47,811 nucleotides of DNA from Candidatus Aenigmatarchaeota archaeon (GTDB taxonomy: Archaea; Aenigmatarchaeota; Aenigmatarchaeia; QMZP01), in the NCBI GenBank assembly GCA_030670085.1, contig DAOVCJ010000004.1, forward strand, positions 1 through 47,811, read 5' to 3'. Positions 10,877 to 19,721 of this stretch are shown piece by piece. Made by a program: the position numbers and the translations under genes. The notes under the pieces were generated by a model. That model saw only the letters and a program-made list of their open reading frames with translations, ran no database searches and was not told the DNA's origin. How positions within the stretch are numbered: position 1 is the first letter of the stretch; every line of letters begins with the position of its first letter.

Positions 10877-12136
10877 ATGAGTGGTTCTATGTATAAACTG
10901 ACTGAGGAAGGGAAAAACTATCTTGAGAATGGACTGCCTGAGGCAAACTTGGCGGAATCCCTAAGGGGACCAATGAAGATTGAGGATTTAAAGGCAAGGA
11001 TAGAAAACTTCGGAATAGCCCTACAGTGGGCCAAGAAGAAGAGATGGATCAGGCTCGAATCAGGGAAGCTCTTTCTGGTCAGGAAAACCAGACATATACC
11101 AGAACATGATGCGCTGAAAAGATTGTCTGAAGGAAAACAGGTTGACGGCAAGATGATAGACCTTTTACTCAAGAGAAAACTCATCTACATGGAGAGGGAG
11201 GATGTTGTCAAGAAGGCAGAGAAGATGCTGGGCAAGGAGATATTAAATCTTCCTCCGGAGTTGATAAAGACAGGAATGTGGAGGAGGGTGAAGATAAAGC
11301 CATACAATGTTAGGGTAACGGGAAAGAAGATTTATCCAGGCAAAAGGCAGCCATACAAACATTTCCTCTCAGAGGTCAGGCAAAGGCTGGTTGAACTTGG
11401 TTTCATGGAGATGATGGGCCCGATGATAGAAACAGAATTCTGGAATTTCGATGCCCTTTATCAGGCACAAAACCACCCATCAAGGGACTGGGCCCAGACG
11501 TACACTTTAAAGCATCCAAAGTACGGAAAACTCCCGGGCAGGGGGGTTGTGAGTAGAGTAAAGGCAGCGCATGAGAACGGGTGGAAAACTGGTTCCACAG
11601 GATGGGGATACAGGTGGGATATCAAAAAGGCCTCCCAGCTGATGCCCAGGGCCCATACGACTGCATCTTCTGCAAGAACCCTTGCAAACCTACCTGAAAT
11701 ACCTGGAAAGTACTTCGCAATATCAAGGTGCTTCAGACCTGATGTGATAGATGCAACCCACGGTGTTGAGTTCAACCAGATGGAAGGTATTGTGATAGAC
11801 AAATCCCTGACCTTTAGGGAGATGTTGGGGACCCTGAAGATGTTTGCCATGGAGATAGGGGGAGCGAAGAAGTTCAGGTTCTATGCAGACTACTATCCAT
11901 TCACAGAACCCTCGGTTCAGATATCAATAAAGCACCCTGAGATGGGATGGATTGAACTCGCTGGAGCAGGGATATTCAGACCAGAATTAACAGAGCCCCT
12001 TGGAGTCAAGGAACCGGTTATTGCATGGGGCCTTGGGATAGACAGGCTTGCCATGTTCAAGCTGAATATAAAAGACATAAGGGAGCTCTTCTCCAAGAAC
12101 CTGGATTGGTTGAGAAACCAAAGGATGTTGATATAG
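10877..12136 (+). CDS. pheS: Phenylalanine--tRNA ligase alpha subunit
   Basis: LTEEG..YL..GLPE, FWNFDAL..Q.HPSRD, FRPDVIDATH..EFNQ, YYPFTEPS and AWGLGIDRLAM. Confidence 0.96.
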   Translation: MSGSMYKLTEEGKNYLENGLPEANLAESLRGPMKIEDLKARIENFGIALQWAKKKRWIRLESGKLFLVRKTRHIPEHDALKRLSEGKQVDGKMIDLLLKRKLIYMEREDVVKKAEKMLGKEILNLPPELIKTGMWRRVKIKPYNVRVTGKKIYPGKRQPYKHFLSEVRQRLVELGFMEMMGPMIETEFWNFDALYQAQNHPSRDWAQTYTLKHPKYGKLPGRGVVSRVKAAHENGWKTGSTGWGYRWDIKKASQLMPRAHTTASSARTLANLPEIPGKYFAISRCFRPDVIDATHGVEFNQMEGIVIDKSLTFREMLGTLKMFAMEIGGAKKFRFYADYYPFTEPSVQISIKHPEMGWIELAGAGIFRPELTEPLGVKEPVIAWGLGIDRLAMFKLNIKDIRELFSKNLDWLRNQRMLI

Positions 12137-12144
12137 GAGGAAAA

Positions 12145-13803
12145 ATGCCAACGATTGAAGTTTCACACCAGGATCTCTGCAGGCTGGTGGGAAAAAGCAT
12201 ACCAATAAATAAACTGAAAGAAGAGGGTATCTTGTTCGCTAAGGGAGAGATCGATGAGGCCAAAGGAGACCTGCTCAAGATTGATATAAAGGACACGAAC
12301 AGACCAGATCTGTGGAGCACAGAAGGGATAGCAAGGGAGATAAAGGGAAGATACGTATCAGGCGGCCTGCCAAGATACAAAACAAAGAAATCAGGTATTG
12401 TTGTGAAGGTTGACAAGGGGTTAAAGGGCATAAGACCATTCACGGTCTGTGCTGTTGTTAAGAACCTGAAAATATATGACCATTCGCTTTCCCAACTGAT
12501 TCAACTACAGGAGAAAGTATCTGTAACATTTGGAAGAAACAGGAAAGAGGTAGCGATTGGCGTTTACGATCTGAACAGAATAAAACCACCGATAAGATTC
12601 ACAACAGTCAAGCCGGACGGAATAAAATTCATTCCCCTGGAGTTCAGAAAGGCATTGACTCCGAGACAAATTCTGAAAGAGCACCCAAAGGGGAGGGAGT
12701 TTGGATACCTACTCGAAGCTCTCCCAGAGTACCCGATGTTTATTGATTCCGCTGAAGAGGTTCTATCCATACCACCAATAATAAACTCAGAGTACACAGG
12801 CAAGGTCACAAAGGAGACGAAGGATGTTTTTATTGAATGTTCAGGTTTCAATCTCAAATTCCTTATACCTGCATTAAATGTGATGGTTGCTGCCCTCTCA
12901 GACAGGGGAGGCGATATAGAAAGGGTCAGGGTTGTCTACCCAGGAAGGGTACTGGAAACACCAGAGTTAGAACCAAAGGCGTTTGAACTGAACTTGGAAT
13001 ATCTGAACACGGTCTCCGGTCTGGACCTAAGTATAGAAAGGGCGTGCAGGCTTTTGAACCAGGCAAGGTATGAAGCGAAGCCCTCTGGAAAGAGAATAAA
13101 GCTCCTCTACCCAGCGTACAGGCAGGATATAATGCACCAGAGGGATGTTGTTGAAGACGTGCTAATATCCTATGGTTACAACAAAATAGAAGCAGTCATA
13201 CCAAAACTGGCCACAGTGGGAAGCCAGAATCCCATTGAATCCTTTTCCAGTACAGTGTCTGATATAATGGCAGGACTCGGTCTGCAGGAAGTTCTATCCT
13301 ACATACTTACAAACAAGAAAAACCTGTTTGAGAAGATGAACCTCAGGGAGGGGGGTTCGGTTGAGATAGAGAACATAGTTTCAGCGAATTGGTCTGTGTT
13401 CAGGACCTGGTTGCTCCCAAGCCTGCTCGAATTTCTCTCAAGAAATAAGCATGTCGAGTATCCCCAAGGAATATTCGAAATAGGCGATGTTGTGAACTTG
13501 GATAACAGAGAGGAGACGAAGACGAAGGATACAAGAAAGATGGCTGTTGCACTGACCGATAATGTGGTTGGTTATGAGGACATATCAAGCGTACTCGATT
13601 CCCTTCTCAGGAGCCTGGGAACCGAATACAAATTGAACAGGATAGAGCACCCGAGCTTCATAAGAGGCAGAGTGGCCGGGATATTTGTTAGGGGAAGAAA
13701 AATAGGTTTTGTAGGAGAGATAAACCCCTTAGTTCTAGAAAAATGGGATCTGGAGAAACCAGTGGTGGGGCTTGAATTAGACCTTCAGGGACTAGTGTCT
13801 TAG
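12145..13803 (+). CDS. pheT: Phenylalanine--tRNA ligase beta subunit (archaeal type)
   Basis: MPTIEV, NRPDLWS.EGIAR, PPIINS and YRQDIMH..DVVED. GGAGG SD precedes the ATG at 12145. Confidence 0.95.
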   Translation: MPTIEVSHQDLCRLVGKSIPINKLKEEGILFAKGEIDEAKGDLLKIDIKDTNRPDLWSTEGIAREIKGRYVSGGLPRYKTKKSGIVVKVDKGLKGIRPFTVCAVVKNLKIYDHSLSQLIQLQEKVSVTFGRNRKEVAIGVYDLNRIKPPIRFTTVKPDGIKFIPLEFRKALTPRQILKEHPKGREFGYLLEALPEYPMFIDSAEEVLSIPPIINSEYTGKVTKETKDVFIECSGFNLKFLIPALNVMVAALSDRGGDIERVRVVYPGRVLETPELEPKAFELNLEYLNTVSGLDLSIERACRLLNQARYEAKPSGKRIKLLYPAYRQDIMHQRDVVEDVLISYGYNKIEAVIPKLATVGSQNPIESFSSTVSDIMAGLGLQEVLSYILTNKKNLFEKMNLREGGSVEIENIVSANWSVFRTWLLPSLLEFLSRNKHVEYPQGIFEIGDVVNLDNREETKTKDTRKMAVALTDNVVGYEDISSVLDSLLRSLGTEYKLNRIEHPSFIRGRVAGIFVRGRKIGFVGEINPLVLEKWDLEKPVVGLELDLQGLVS

Positions 13804-14553
13804 CCATCCCCACATTCTGTAGAGAGTCGGCATTCTTACTTTATATTCCTCACCAGCGAGCTTTGCGGCTATCGCCATGAACTGCTGAGCAGATACGGAT
13901 CTTGGTGAATGCGCAACCACGGGTCTCTTCTCTGCTATCGCTTTTCTGACTTTATGGTCTTCATGAACCTTGCCCAGCAGGGGAGCATTCAGGAAGCCCT
14001 CTATATCACTCAAAGGAAACTCGTGTGATTCGTTCCTGACCCTGTTTACAACAATACCGATGTTTTCTGTCTCAAACCTCTTTGCCAGCTGTGCGAGCTT
14101 GAGGGCATCTGTTAAAGCCGTTAGCTCAGGATTGGTCACTATTATCATCTCATCCGCTGCCTTGATAGAGGCGGATGCCTCCTTTCCCAGGCCTGCAGCA
14201 GAATCAATCAGAACGAAGTCAGCATCACCCACCAGCTTGTAGAAAACGTCCAAGAGCCTGTGTGCGTCAGGGGACATGATCTTGTCCATTGAAACATCTG
14301 CAGGGACGACCTTAAAGCCATCATGATGATAGTATATAGCATCCCTTATGTTTGCATTGCCCCTCAAAACGTCTTGCAGGGTTATGGGATACATTGATAT
14401 TCCCAAATGCAGACCGAGGTTGGATGTTGTCAGGTTCCCGTCTATCGCAATGACAGATTTTCCTAAAGCAGCAAGGGCAGCTGAAAGATTTGAAACGACT
14501 GTGGTCTTCCCTACACCTCCTTTACCAGAAGCCACACAGATAACACGGGTCAT
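13792..14553 (-). CDS. minD: MinD-family ATPase
   Basis: Deviant Walker A SGKGGVGKTT, DSAAGL, TNPE...LTDA and a C-terminal amphipathic helix (LYRMWGWLRH). Confidence 0.85.
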   Translation of the reverse strand: MTRVICVASGKGGVGKTTVVSNLSAALAALGKSVIAIDGNLTTSNLGLHLGISMYPITLQDVLRGNANIRDAIYYHHDGFKVVPADVSMDKIMSPDAHRLLDVFYKLVGDADFVLIDSAAGLGKEASASIKAADEMIIVTNPELTALTDALKLAQLAKRFETENIGIVVNRVRNESHEFPLSDIEGFLNAPLLGKVHEDHKVRKAIAEKRPVVAHSPRSVSAQQFMAIAAKLAGEEYKVRMPTLYRMWGWLRH

Positions 14554-14591
14554 AGTTTATTATTTGCACCAAAAGGTTAAAAAGCTTGGAG

Positions 14592-14755
14592 CGGACCCGG
14601 AGGGAATTTCACGGGAAGGACGTTTTGGGTAAACCATTACATAACGTCAAACCATTTCGAACCCCCGACCCCTTGCTTAGGAGGCAAGTGCTCTACTGCT
14701 GACCTGAGCAGGCGAAACCTGCTTTATTCGAAGTTTCCAACTGAGCTACGGGCCC
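14592..14755 (-). tRNA. tRNA-Arg(CCU) with two non-canonical introns: D-loop 20/20a (14696-14735, 40 nt) and T-loop 59/60 (14606-14655, 50 nt)
   Basis: Spliced sequence GGGCCCG TA GCTC AGTTGGA|TA GAGC A CTTGC CT CCT AA GCAAG GGGTC GGGGG TTCGAA|T CCCTC CGGGTCC G folds as a full cloverleaf with Arg identity base A20. Both junctions form bulge-helix-bulge-type motifs. CCA is not encoded. Confidence 0.92.
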
Positions 14756-14763
14756 ACACTTTT

Positions 14764-14845
14764 GATAGATGGTTTGTTTAAATATATCCAAGCCATCGTG
14801 CGCTTCTTTCCGATAGATGGCTTATTCCAATCTAAACAAACCAAC
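14764..14845. repeat. Two degenerate 34-nt direct repeats (48-nt period), each a spaced palindrome GATGGYTTR-N12-CAARCCAWC
   Basis: gatagatggtttgtttaaatatatccaagccatc (14764) versus gatagatggcttattccaatctaaacaaaccaac (14812). Confidence 0.7.
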
Positions 14846-14882
14846 ACTCTTTATTTATTAGAGTTTAAATCAAAAATGTTTT

Positions 14883-15803
14883 ATGAAGCCTTATTTATTA
14901 ATGCTCATTGCAATTTTGATTATTTTTTCTGGCTGCACACAAACCGGGGAGATAATAGACAAAACGATTTCCGACGAAGGGGTTGAATTGAACGAAACAG
15001 AAACCACAGCATCTGAAAATATAACACCAGAACAGGAACCGAGTCCGGGAGAACTAGGAGAGGAGCCGGCAGATCTCTGCGCAGGAGTGGTGTGTGGGAA
15101 GACCATAACAACCTGCCCAGACGGATTTGTATCAACGTGCACGAACCCATGCGATACAGAAACAGGAGGGTGCTTATCCTGCAAGCCCGATTGCATCGGA
15201 CACGAAAAAACCGAACAAGAAGAATGTGATTTGGAGTGTGATTTCACAAAATGTGAGGTTCTGGATGAGGAAGAGTGCGAATGCAAGATAACACTATTCT
15301 GTGATGGCAATGGTATATGCGAGCCAGGGGAGTATCCAGATTCGAAAGACTGCCCTGAATGCGATGATGGGGATCCGTGCACACAGAATTCATACGATTA
15401 TGACCTGAGTTTCTGTGTTTACGAAACCATAATCCCATGCTGTGGGAACATGGAATGCGAGGACGGCGAGGATGAGGAGAGCTGCCCAGAGGACTGCCTA
15501 GAGGAGCAGGTTGGTGACGTGAGGATAACTGCATTGAATGAGACAGAAGAGTGGGTCGAGCTGGAGGGATACAACGTTATCATGAGCAACTGGACTCTTG
15601 GTGATTGGAAAGAAAAGCACGTGTATGTGTTTCCAGACTGGTTCATGATAAACGGAAAGGCTAAACTTCACAAGGGCTATGGGGAGGACAACGAAACCGA
15701 TTTGTTCTGGCAGAAAAACTATTATGTATGGAACAACGATGGAGACAACGCGACCCTAAGGGATGAGAACGGAGAAATAGTTGATTTTTACAATTATCCG
15801 TAG
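14883..15803 (+). CDS. Putative lipoprotein with Cys-rich acidic repeats and C-terminal lamin-tail-like domain
   Basis: Lipobox FSGC; CDGNGICE/CCGNMECE..E...SCPEDC repeats; EWVEL...WTLGD...YVFP...VWNNDGDNATLRDENGEIVD lamin-tail pattern. Confidence 0.8.
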   Translation: MKPYLLMLIAILIIFSGCTQTGEIIDKTISDEGVELNETETTASENITPEQEPSPGELGEEPADLCAGVVCGKTITTCPDGFVSTCTNPCDTETGGCLSCKPDCIGHEKTEQEECDLECDFTKCEVLDEEECECKITLFCDGNGICEPGEYPDSKDCPECDDGDPCTQNSYDYDLSFCVYETIIPCCGNMECEDGEDEESCPEDCLEEQVGDVRITALNETEEWVELEGYNVIMSNWTLGDWKEKHVYVFPDWFMINGKAKLHKGYGEDNETDLFWQKNYYVWNNDGDNATLRDENGEIVDFYNYP

Positions 15804-15809
15804 TTAACC

Positions 15810-16334
15810 CTACCTGCATTCTTCGCAAAGCCACCTACCACCAATATTTCTAAGATCATCGGAGTAGGCCTCACACCTCTCACAAATACCGGATATCACT
15901 TGATCGGGATTGGCAACAGCACCAACCCTCATCTTCAGTTTTTCTGAGAGGACATTTATCAGCTCAGGGGACACCAGCAATACCTCTTTGTCAGATACTA
16001 TACCAATGAGTTTACCATCCTTTATAACAGGAACCCTCTTGATCCCGGTCTTTACCATCCTTTTGGTTACCTTCAACACATCCTCATCAGGAGACGCTGT
16101 TACGAACCTGGTTTTCTTTTTCAGACCCCCTACCTTTACCTTTTTGGGATCCTTACCCATTGCAATGGTTCCAACTATGTCATCATCAGTTACAATACCT
16201 ATGGGCTTTGTTTTCTGCATAATGATTACAGAACCAATCCTGTTGTTGGTCATTATCTTTGCAACATCCGCAAGAGTAAGTTCCGGGTCAATTGTCACAA
16301 CGGATCTTTTCATTATCTCCCGTACCTTAATCAT
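15810..16334 (-). CDS. CBS-pair protein with C-terminal zinc ribbon
   Basis: KVREIM..SVVTI, IGSVII..GIVT and RVPVI..GIVS CBS motifs; CERC...CEEC. Start placed at MIKVREIM. Confidence 0.88.
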   Translation of the reverse strand: MIKVREIMKRSVVTIDPELTLADVAKIMTNNRIGSVIIMQKTKPIGIVTDDDIVGTIAMGKDPKKVKVGGLKKKTRFVTASPDEDVLKVTKRMVKTGIKRVPVIKDGKLIGIVSDKEVLLVSPELINVLSEKLKMRVGAVANPDQVISGICERCEAYSDDLRNIGGRWLCEECR

Positions 16335-16411
16335 AGCAACCCCTCTGGTTATATAATTAATGATTCTGTAGCTTATAAAATTAAACCCCAACCTTTCCAA
16401 TCATAAATAGC

Positions 16412-17089
16412 TTATTCCACGGGCTTGACAACAATCCCCTTGCTGGTTATTTCTATTGGATATATATCCTTCCCATGGTCTGTTCTTCTCATCTTCCTTA
16501 TTATCAGCGACCTGTCCAGACCGCCTGCTGCATACTCAAGGTAGTTGAGAACAATGATACCGTCAACCACGAACTCCTCAACACCGAATTTTGAAAGACC
16601 CCTCATCCCCTCAGGTATCTCCGAGGTTATCAATGCAGTACACTTGTTTTTCTTTATGACGTTGATTGTGTTGAACAGGAGCTTTCTTATCTGCGAGACC
16701 TCCTGCATGTTCAAACCGATAAGGGATGTTGAATCGATAACGAGTCTCTTTGCCTTGAGATTTTTTATCTCATCTATGATCATGGATCCAAGGTTGTTGA
16801 CCTGCGCGGGATCGTGGTATATAATTCTGAACAGACCCTTTTTCTCATACTTTGCAAGATCCCACTTGAATGCCCTTACATCCTCTTTTATATCCTCTGG
16901 ATCCTCCTCCAGTGTTATGAATATACAGGTTTCGCCCTTTTTCAAACCGTGCCACAGAAACTGGGAGCAGAGTATTGTCTTTCCTGTTCCTGTCTCACCG
17001 GTTACGAGAATCACGGAATCCTCTATTATACCACCACCCAACAACTTATCCAACCCAGGTATCCCAGATTCTACCCTGCTGAAATCCAT
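16412..17089 (-). CDS. Single-domain KaiC/RAD55-family ATPase
   Basis: SGIPGLDKLLGGG, GETGTGKT, LEE, RLVIDS, EEFVVDGII and RKMRRT. Confidence 0.9.
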   Translation of the reverse strand: MDFSRVESGIPGLDKLLGGGIIEDSVILVTGETGTGKTILCSQFLWHGLKKGETCIFITLEEDPEDIKEDVRAFKWDLAKYEKKGLFRIIYHDPAQVNNLGSMIIDEIKNLKAKRLVIDSTSLIGLNMQEVSQIRKLLFNTINVIKKNKCTALITSEIPEGMRGLSKFGVEEFVVDGIIVLNYLEYAAGGLDRSLIIRKMRRTDHGKDIYPIEITSKGIVVKPVE

Positions 17090-17161
17090 GAATTCTATTT
17101 CTTTTTCGGCTTAATAAGCTTTCAGTATCTATTTAAAACACTGGTTTTCAAAAAGAATAAA

Positions 17162-18226
17162 ATGGATGATATAATCAGGTTTCTTGAGAAGGAAAAACCC
17201 TTCATAGACTCCAAGATAAAGGAGCATTTTCCAGAAAAACTTGACGGTGATTACCTTGATGGGATTCTGGGAAAAACAAGATATGAATACGATCTGGATT
17301 CAATAAACAAATCCATAACAGAGCCCGTCTGGGATATTCTTAAAAGGGGAGGGAAGAGGTGGAGACCTGCACTGTTCCTCTTGATAGTCAAGGCAATGGG
17401 CGCAGATCTTGAAAAGATACAGGATTTTGTTATAATACCTGAAATCATTCACAACGGAACCCTGATGACTGATGATGTGGAGGATGATTCAGAGCTCAGG
17501 AGGGGGAAACCATGCATACATAAGATATACGGCGTGGATGTTGCAATAAATACAGGCAACTTCATGTACTACATACCCCTCACAATACTCATCAAGAACA
17601 AGGACAACCTCGATCCCAAGACCCTGCTCAGGGTTTATGGGGTGTACACCAAGGAGATGATAAACCTCTCAATAGGACAGGGACTGGACATATGGTGGCA
17701 CAAGGGAAAAGCGAATGACATCACTGAAAAACAGTATCTTCAGATGTGCTCCTGCAAGACAGGAACCCTCGCGAGAATGGCAGCAAAGCTCGCAGTCGCC
17801 CTCTCCAATGGAACCGAGGAGCAGGAGGAAAAGATTGGAAGGTTTGCCGAATCCATCGGGATCGCGTTCCAGATACATGACGACGTACTCAGTGCAAGCG
17901 GGGGGAAGTTTCAAGAGAAAAAGGGCTACGGAGACGACATAACCGAGGGAAAGAGGACCCTTATGGTTATATACACCCTTAAAAAAGCGAATGAGAAGGA
18001 CAGGATTCGTCTTTTGAAGATTCTGGATACGCACACAAGGGACAAAAAGCTCATAAAGGAGGCAATAGACATTCTGAAAAAATACGATTCCATTGATTAC
18101 GCAAAGAAGATTGCGAGGGAACTCGTATCCGATGCATGGAAGGAGATAGACCCGCTCCTGCCGGATTCCGACGCGAAGAGAAAGCTGAAGTCCTTTGCGG
18201 ATTTTCTGATTGAGAGAGATATTTAA
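17162..18226 (+). CDS. Trans-polyprenyl diphosphate synthase (GGPP synthase-like)
   Basis: GGKRWRP, DDVEDD..LRRG, GQGLD, KT, FQIHDD and DITEGK motifs. The ORF-track extension upstream of the ATG at 17162 overlaps the KaiC gene. Confidence 0.92.
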   Translation: MDDIIRFLEKEKPFIDSKIKEHFPEKLDGDYLDGILGKTRYEYDLDSINKSITEPVWDILKRGGKRWRPALFLLIVKAMGADLEKIQDFVIIPEIIHNGTLMTDDVEDDSELRRGKPCIHKIYGVDVAINTGNFMYYIPLTILIKNKDNLDPKTLLRVYGVYTKEMINLSIGQGLDIWWHKGKANDITEKQYLQMCSCKTGTLARMAAKLAVALSNGTEEQEEKIGRFAESIGIAFQIHDDVLSASGGKFQEKKGYGDDITEGKRTLMVIYTLKKANEKDRIRLLKILDTHTRDKKLIKEAIDILKKYDSIDYAKKIARELVSDAWKEIDPLLPDSDAKRKLKSFADFLIERDI

Positions 18227-18291
18227 AAGCAAGCACGATAAACATTAAAAAACATATGCTTATATAATATCCTTAACGAACAGGGATTGGT

Positions 18292-18465
18292 ATGAACATA
18301 AAGGAGAACATCAGGAAGTACAGAAGGGTTTTGCAGATATCAAGGAAGCCCGGGAAGGAGGAATTTCTTACATCTACTAAGATATGTGCCCTGGGCATCG
18401 CTCTGATAGGCTTCATAGGATTTGTGATATTCCTGCTATTTACTTTTTTGTTACCAGGTGCGTGA
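18292..18465 (+). CDS. secE: Protein translocase SecE/Sec61-gamma (57 aa, not in ORF track)
   Basis: MNIKENIRKYRRVLQISRKPGKEEFLTSTKICALGIALIGFIGFVIFLLFTFLLPGA, in the conserved position upstream of spt5. Confidence 0.93.
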   Translation: MNIKENIRKYRRVLQISRKPGKEEFLTSTKICALGIALIGFIGFVIFLLFTFLLPGA

Positions 18466-18469
18466 GAGA

Positions 18470-18937
18470 ATGATATATGCGGTTAGGACAACATCAGGAA
18501 GAGAGGATATAGTCATAGACATCATGACGAGCAACGTCAGGGCCCAATCCCTTCCAGTAAAGGCGATATTCCACCCCGCAGAGATAAAGGGATACGTGTT
18601 TGCAGAGGGAAGCTCTGGAGCAATACACAAGGCTGTGCAGGGACTGATGCATGTTAGGGGAATCATAGAGAAACCCATTAAGCTGGAAGAGATAAAGCAT
18701 TTCCTTGAACTCAAGAAGGACAGGATAAGGATAGATGAGGGGAACATTGTGGAGATTATAGGCGGGCCCTTCAGGGGCGAGAAGGGAAAAATTACGAGAG
18801 TTGACCCTGTCAAAGACGAAGTAACGATTGAGCTTCTTGAGGCCTCCATACCCATACCAGTCACGATTGCGACAGAGTTCATAAAGATTATAAAGAGGGA
18901 AGTGAAGGAAGAGGAGGAGGAAGAAGAGAAACTATAG
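18470..18937 (+). CDS. spt5: Transcription elongation factor Spt5 (NusG)
   Basis: IYAVRTTSGRE, KGYVFAE and KOW motif VEIIGGPFRGEKGKI. Confidence 0.95.
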   Translation: MIYAVRTTSGREDIVIDIMTSNVRAQSLPVKAIFHPAEIKGYVFAEGSSGAIHKAVQGLMHVRGIIEKPIKLEEIKHFLELKKDRIRIDEGNIVEIIGGPFRGEKGKITRVDPVKDEVTIELLEASIPIPVTIATEFIKIIKREVKEEEEEEEKL

Positions 18938-18946
18938 AGGGATACT

Positions 18947-19549
18947 ATGGCAAAGCAAACAATCGAAGCGATGGTTGAAGGAGGCAAGGCGTCAGCAGGT
19001 CCTCCTTTAGGACCAGCACTGGGACCACTCAAGGTTAATATTCCTGATGTTGTGACAGAGATAAATAAGAAGACCAAGGACCTGGCGGGGATGAAGGTCC
19101 CTGTGAAGGTAATAGTTGATACCGAAACACATAAATTCGAGATTGAGGTCGGTTCGCCACCGATTGCAGCCCTTGTGAAGAAAGAGCTTAGTCTCGACAA
19201 GGGTTCTGAGGAAGCAGGGAAGAAGAGGGTGGGAGACCTGACAGAGGAGCAGACAAAGAAGATCGCGAGGCAGAAATTCGGTTCTGATGCTGAATCATTT
19301 TTGAATCAAGTGAAGGGAACCTGCAGGAGCATGGGCATAACAATAGGCGAGGGAGCTGTCACAGAAGAGGAGATCCAGAGATACGAGGAAATGAAGAGAG
19401 CGGAGGAGGAAGCCAAGGCAGAAGCTCCAGCAGAAGAGGAAGCCAAGGAAGAGAAGCCAGAGGAAGCAGAAGAAGAAGCAAAGGAAGAGAAACCAGAAGA
19501 GGAAGCAGAAAAATCAAAGGAAGAGAAAAAAGAAGAAAAGAAAACCTAG
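18947..19549 (+). CDS. rpl11: 50S ribosomal protein L11 with acidic C-terminal extension
   Basis: VEGGKASAGPPLGPALGP, INKKTKD..GMKVPVKV and GTCRSMGITI. Confidence 0.95.
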   Translation: MAKQTIEAMVEGGKASAGPPLGPALGPLKVNIPDVVTEINKKTKDLAGMKVPVKVIVDTETHKFEIEVGSPPIAALVKKELSLDKGSEEAGKKRVGDLTEEQTKKIARQKFGSDAESFLNQVKGTCRSMGITIGEGAVTEEEIQRYEEMKRAEEEAKAEAPAEEEAKEEKPEEAEEEAKEEKPEEEAEKSKEEKKEEKKT

Positions 19550-19721
19550 ACTATCCAGAACTCATGTTCATCAATTTCTATAACATCACCACTTTTAATC
19601 TCGGTTTCCTTGTCTAGTGGGTATTCTGCTTCTCCCCTCTTGAGTACAGGGTATTGAAATTTCAGTCATGGCTTACTTTAGTGACCAAAAGCTTTAAAAG
19701 TTTTCACTATAAGATAACTAC

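Noticed and set aside
12025-12144. Extended pheT N-terminus
   Set aside because: It overlaps pheS, and the SD plus MPTI start at 12145 is canonical.
14554-15803. Integrated element at the tRNA
   Set aside because: No integrase and no duplicated tRNA end (att site) was seen in the window.
15810-17089. KaiC-like plus CBS genes as a circadian clock
   Set aside because: The ATPase is single-domain, lacks the Ser/Thr phosphosites and has no kaiA/kaiB nearby. Such genes are common in archaea.
16814-17161. N-terminal extension of the prenyl synthase in the ORF track
   Set aside because: It is an antisense overlap with the KaiC-like gene; family-like sequence starts at ATG 17162.
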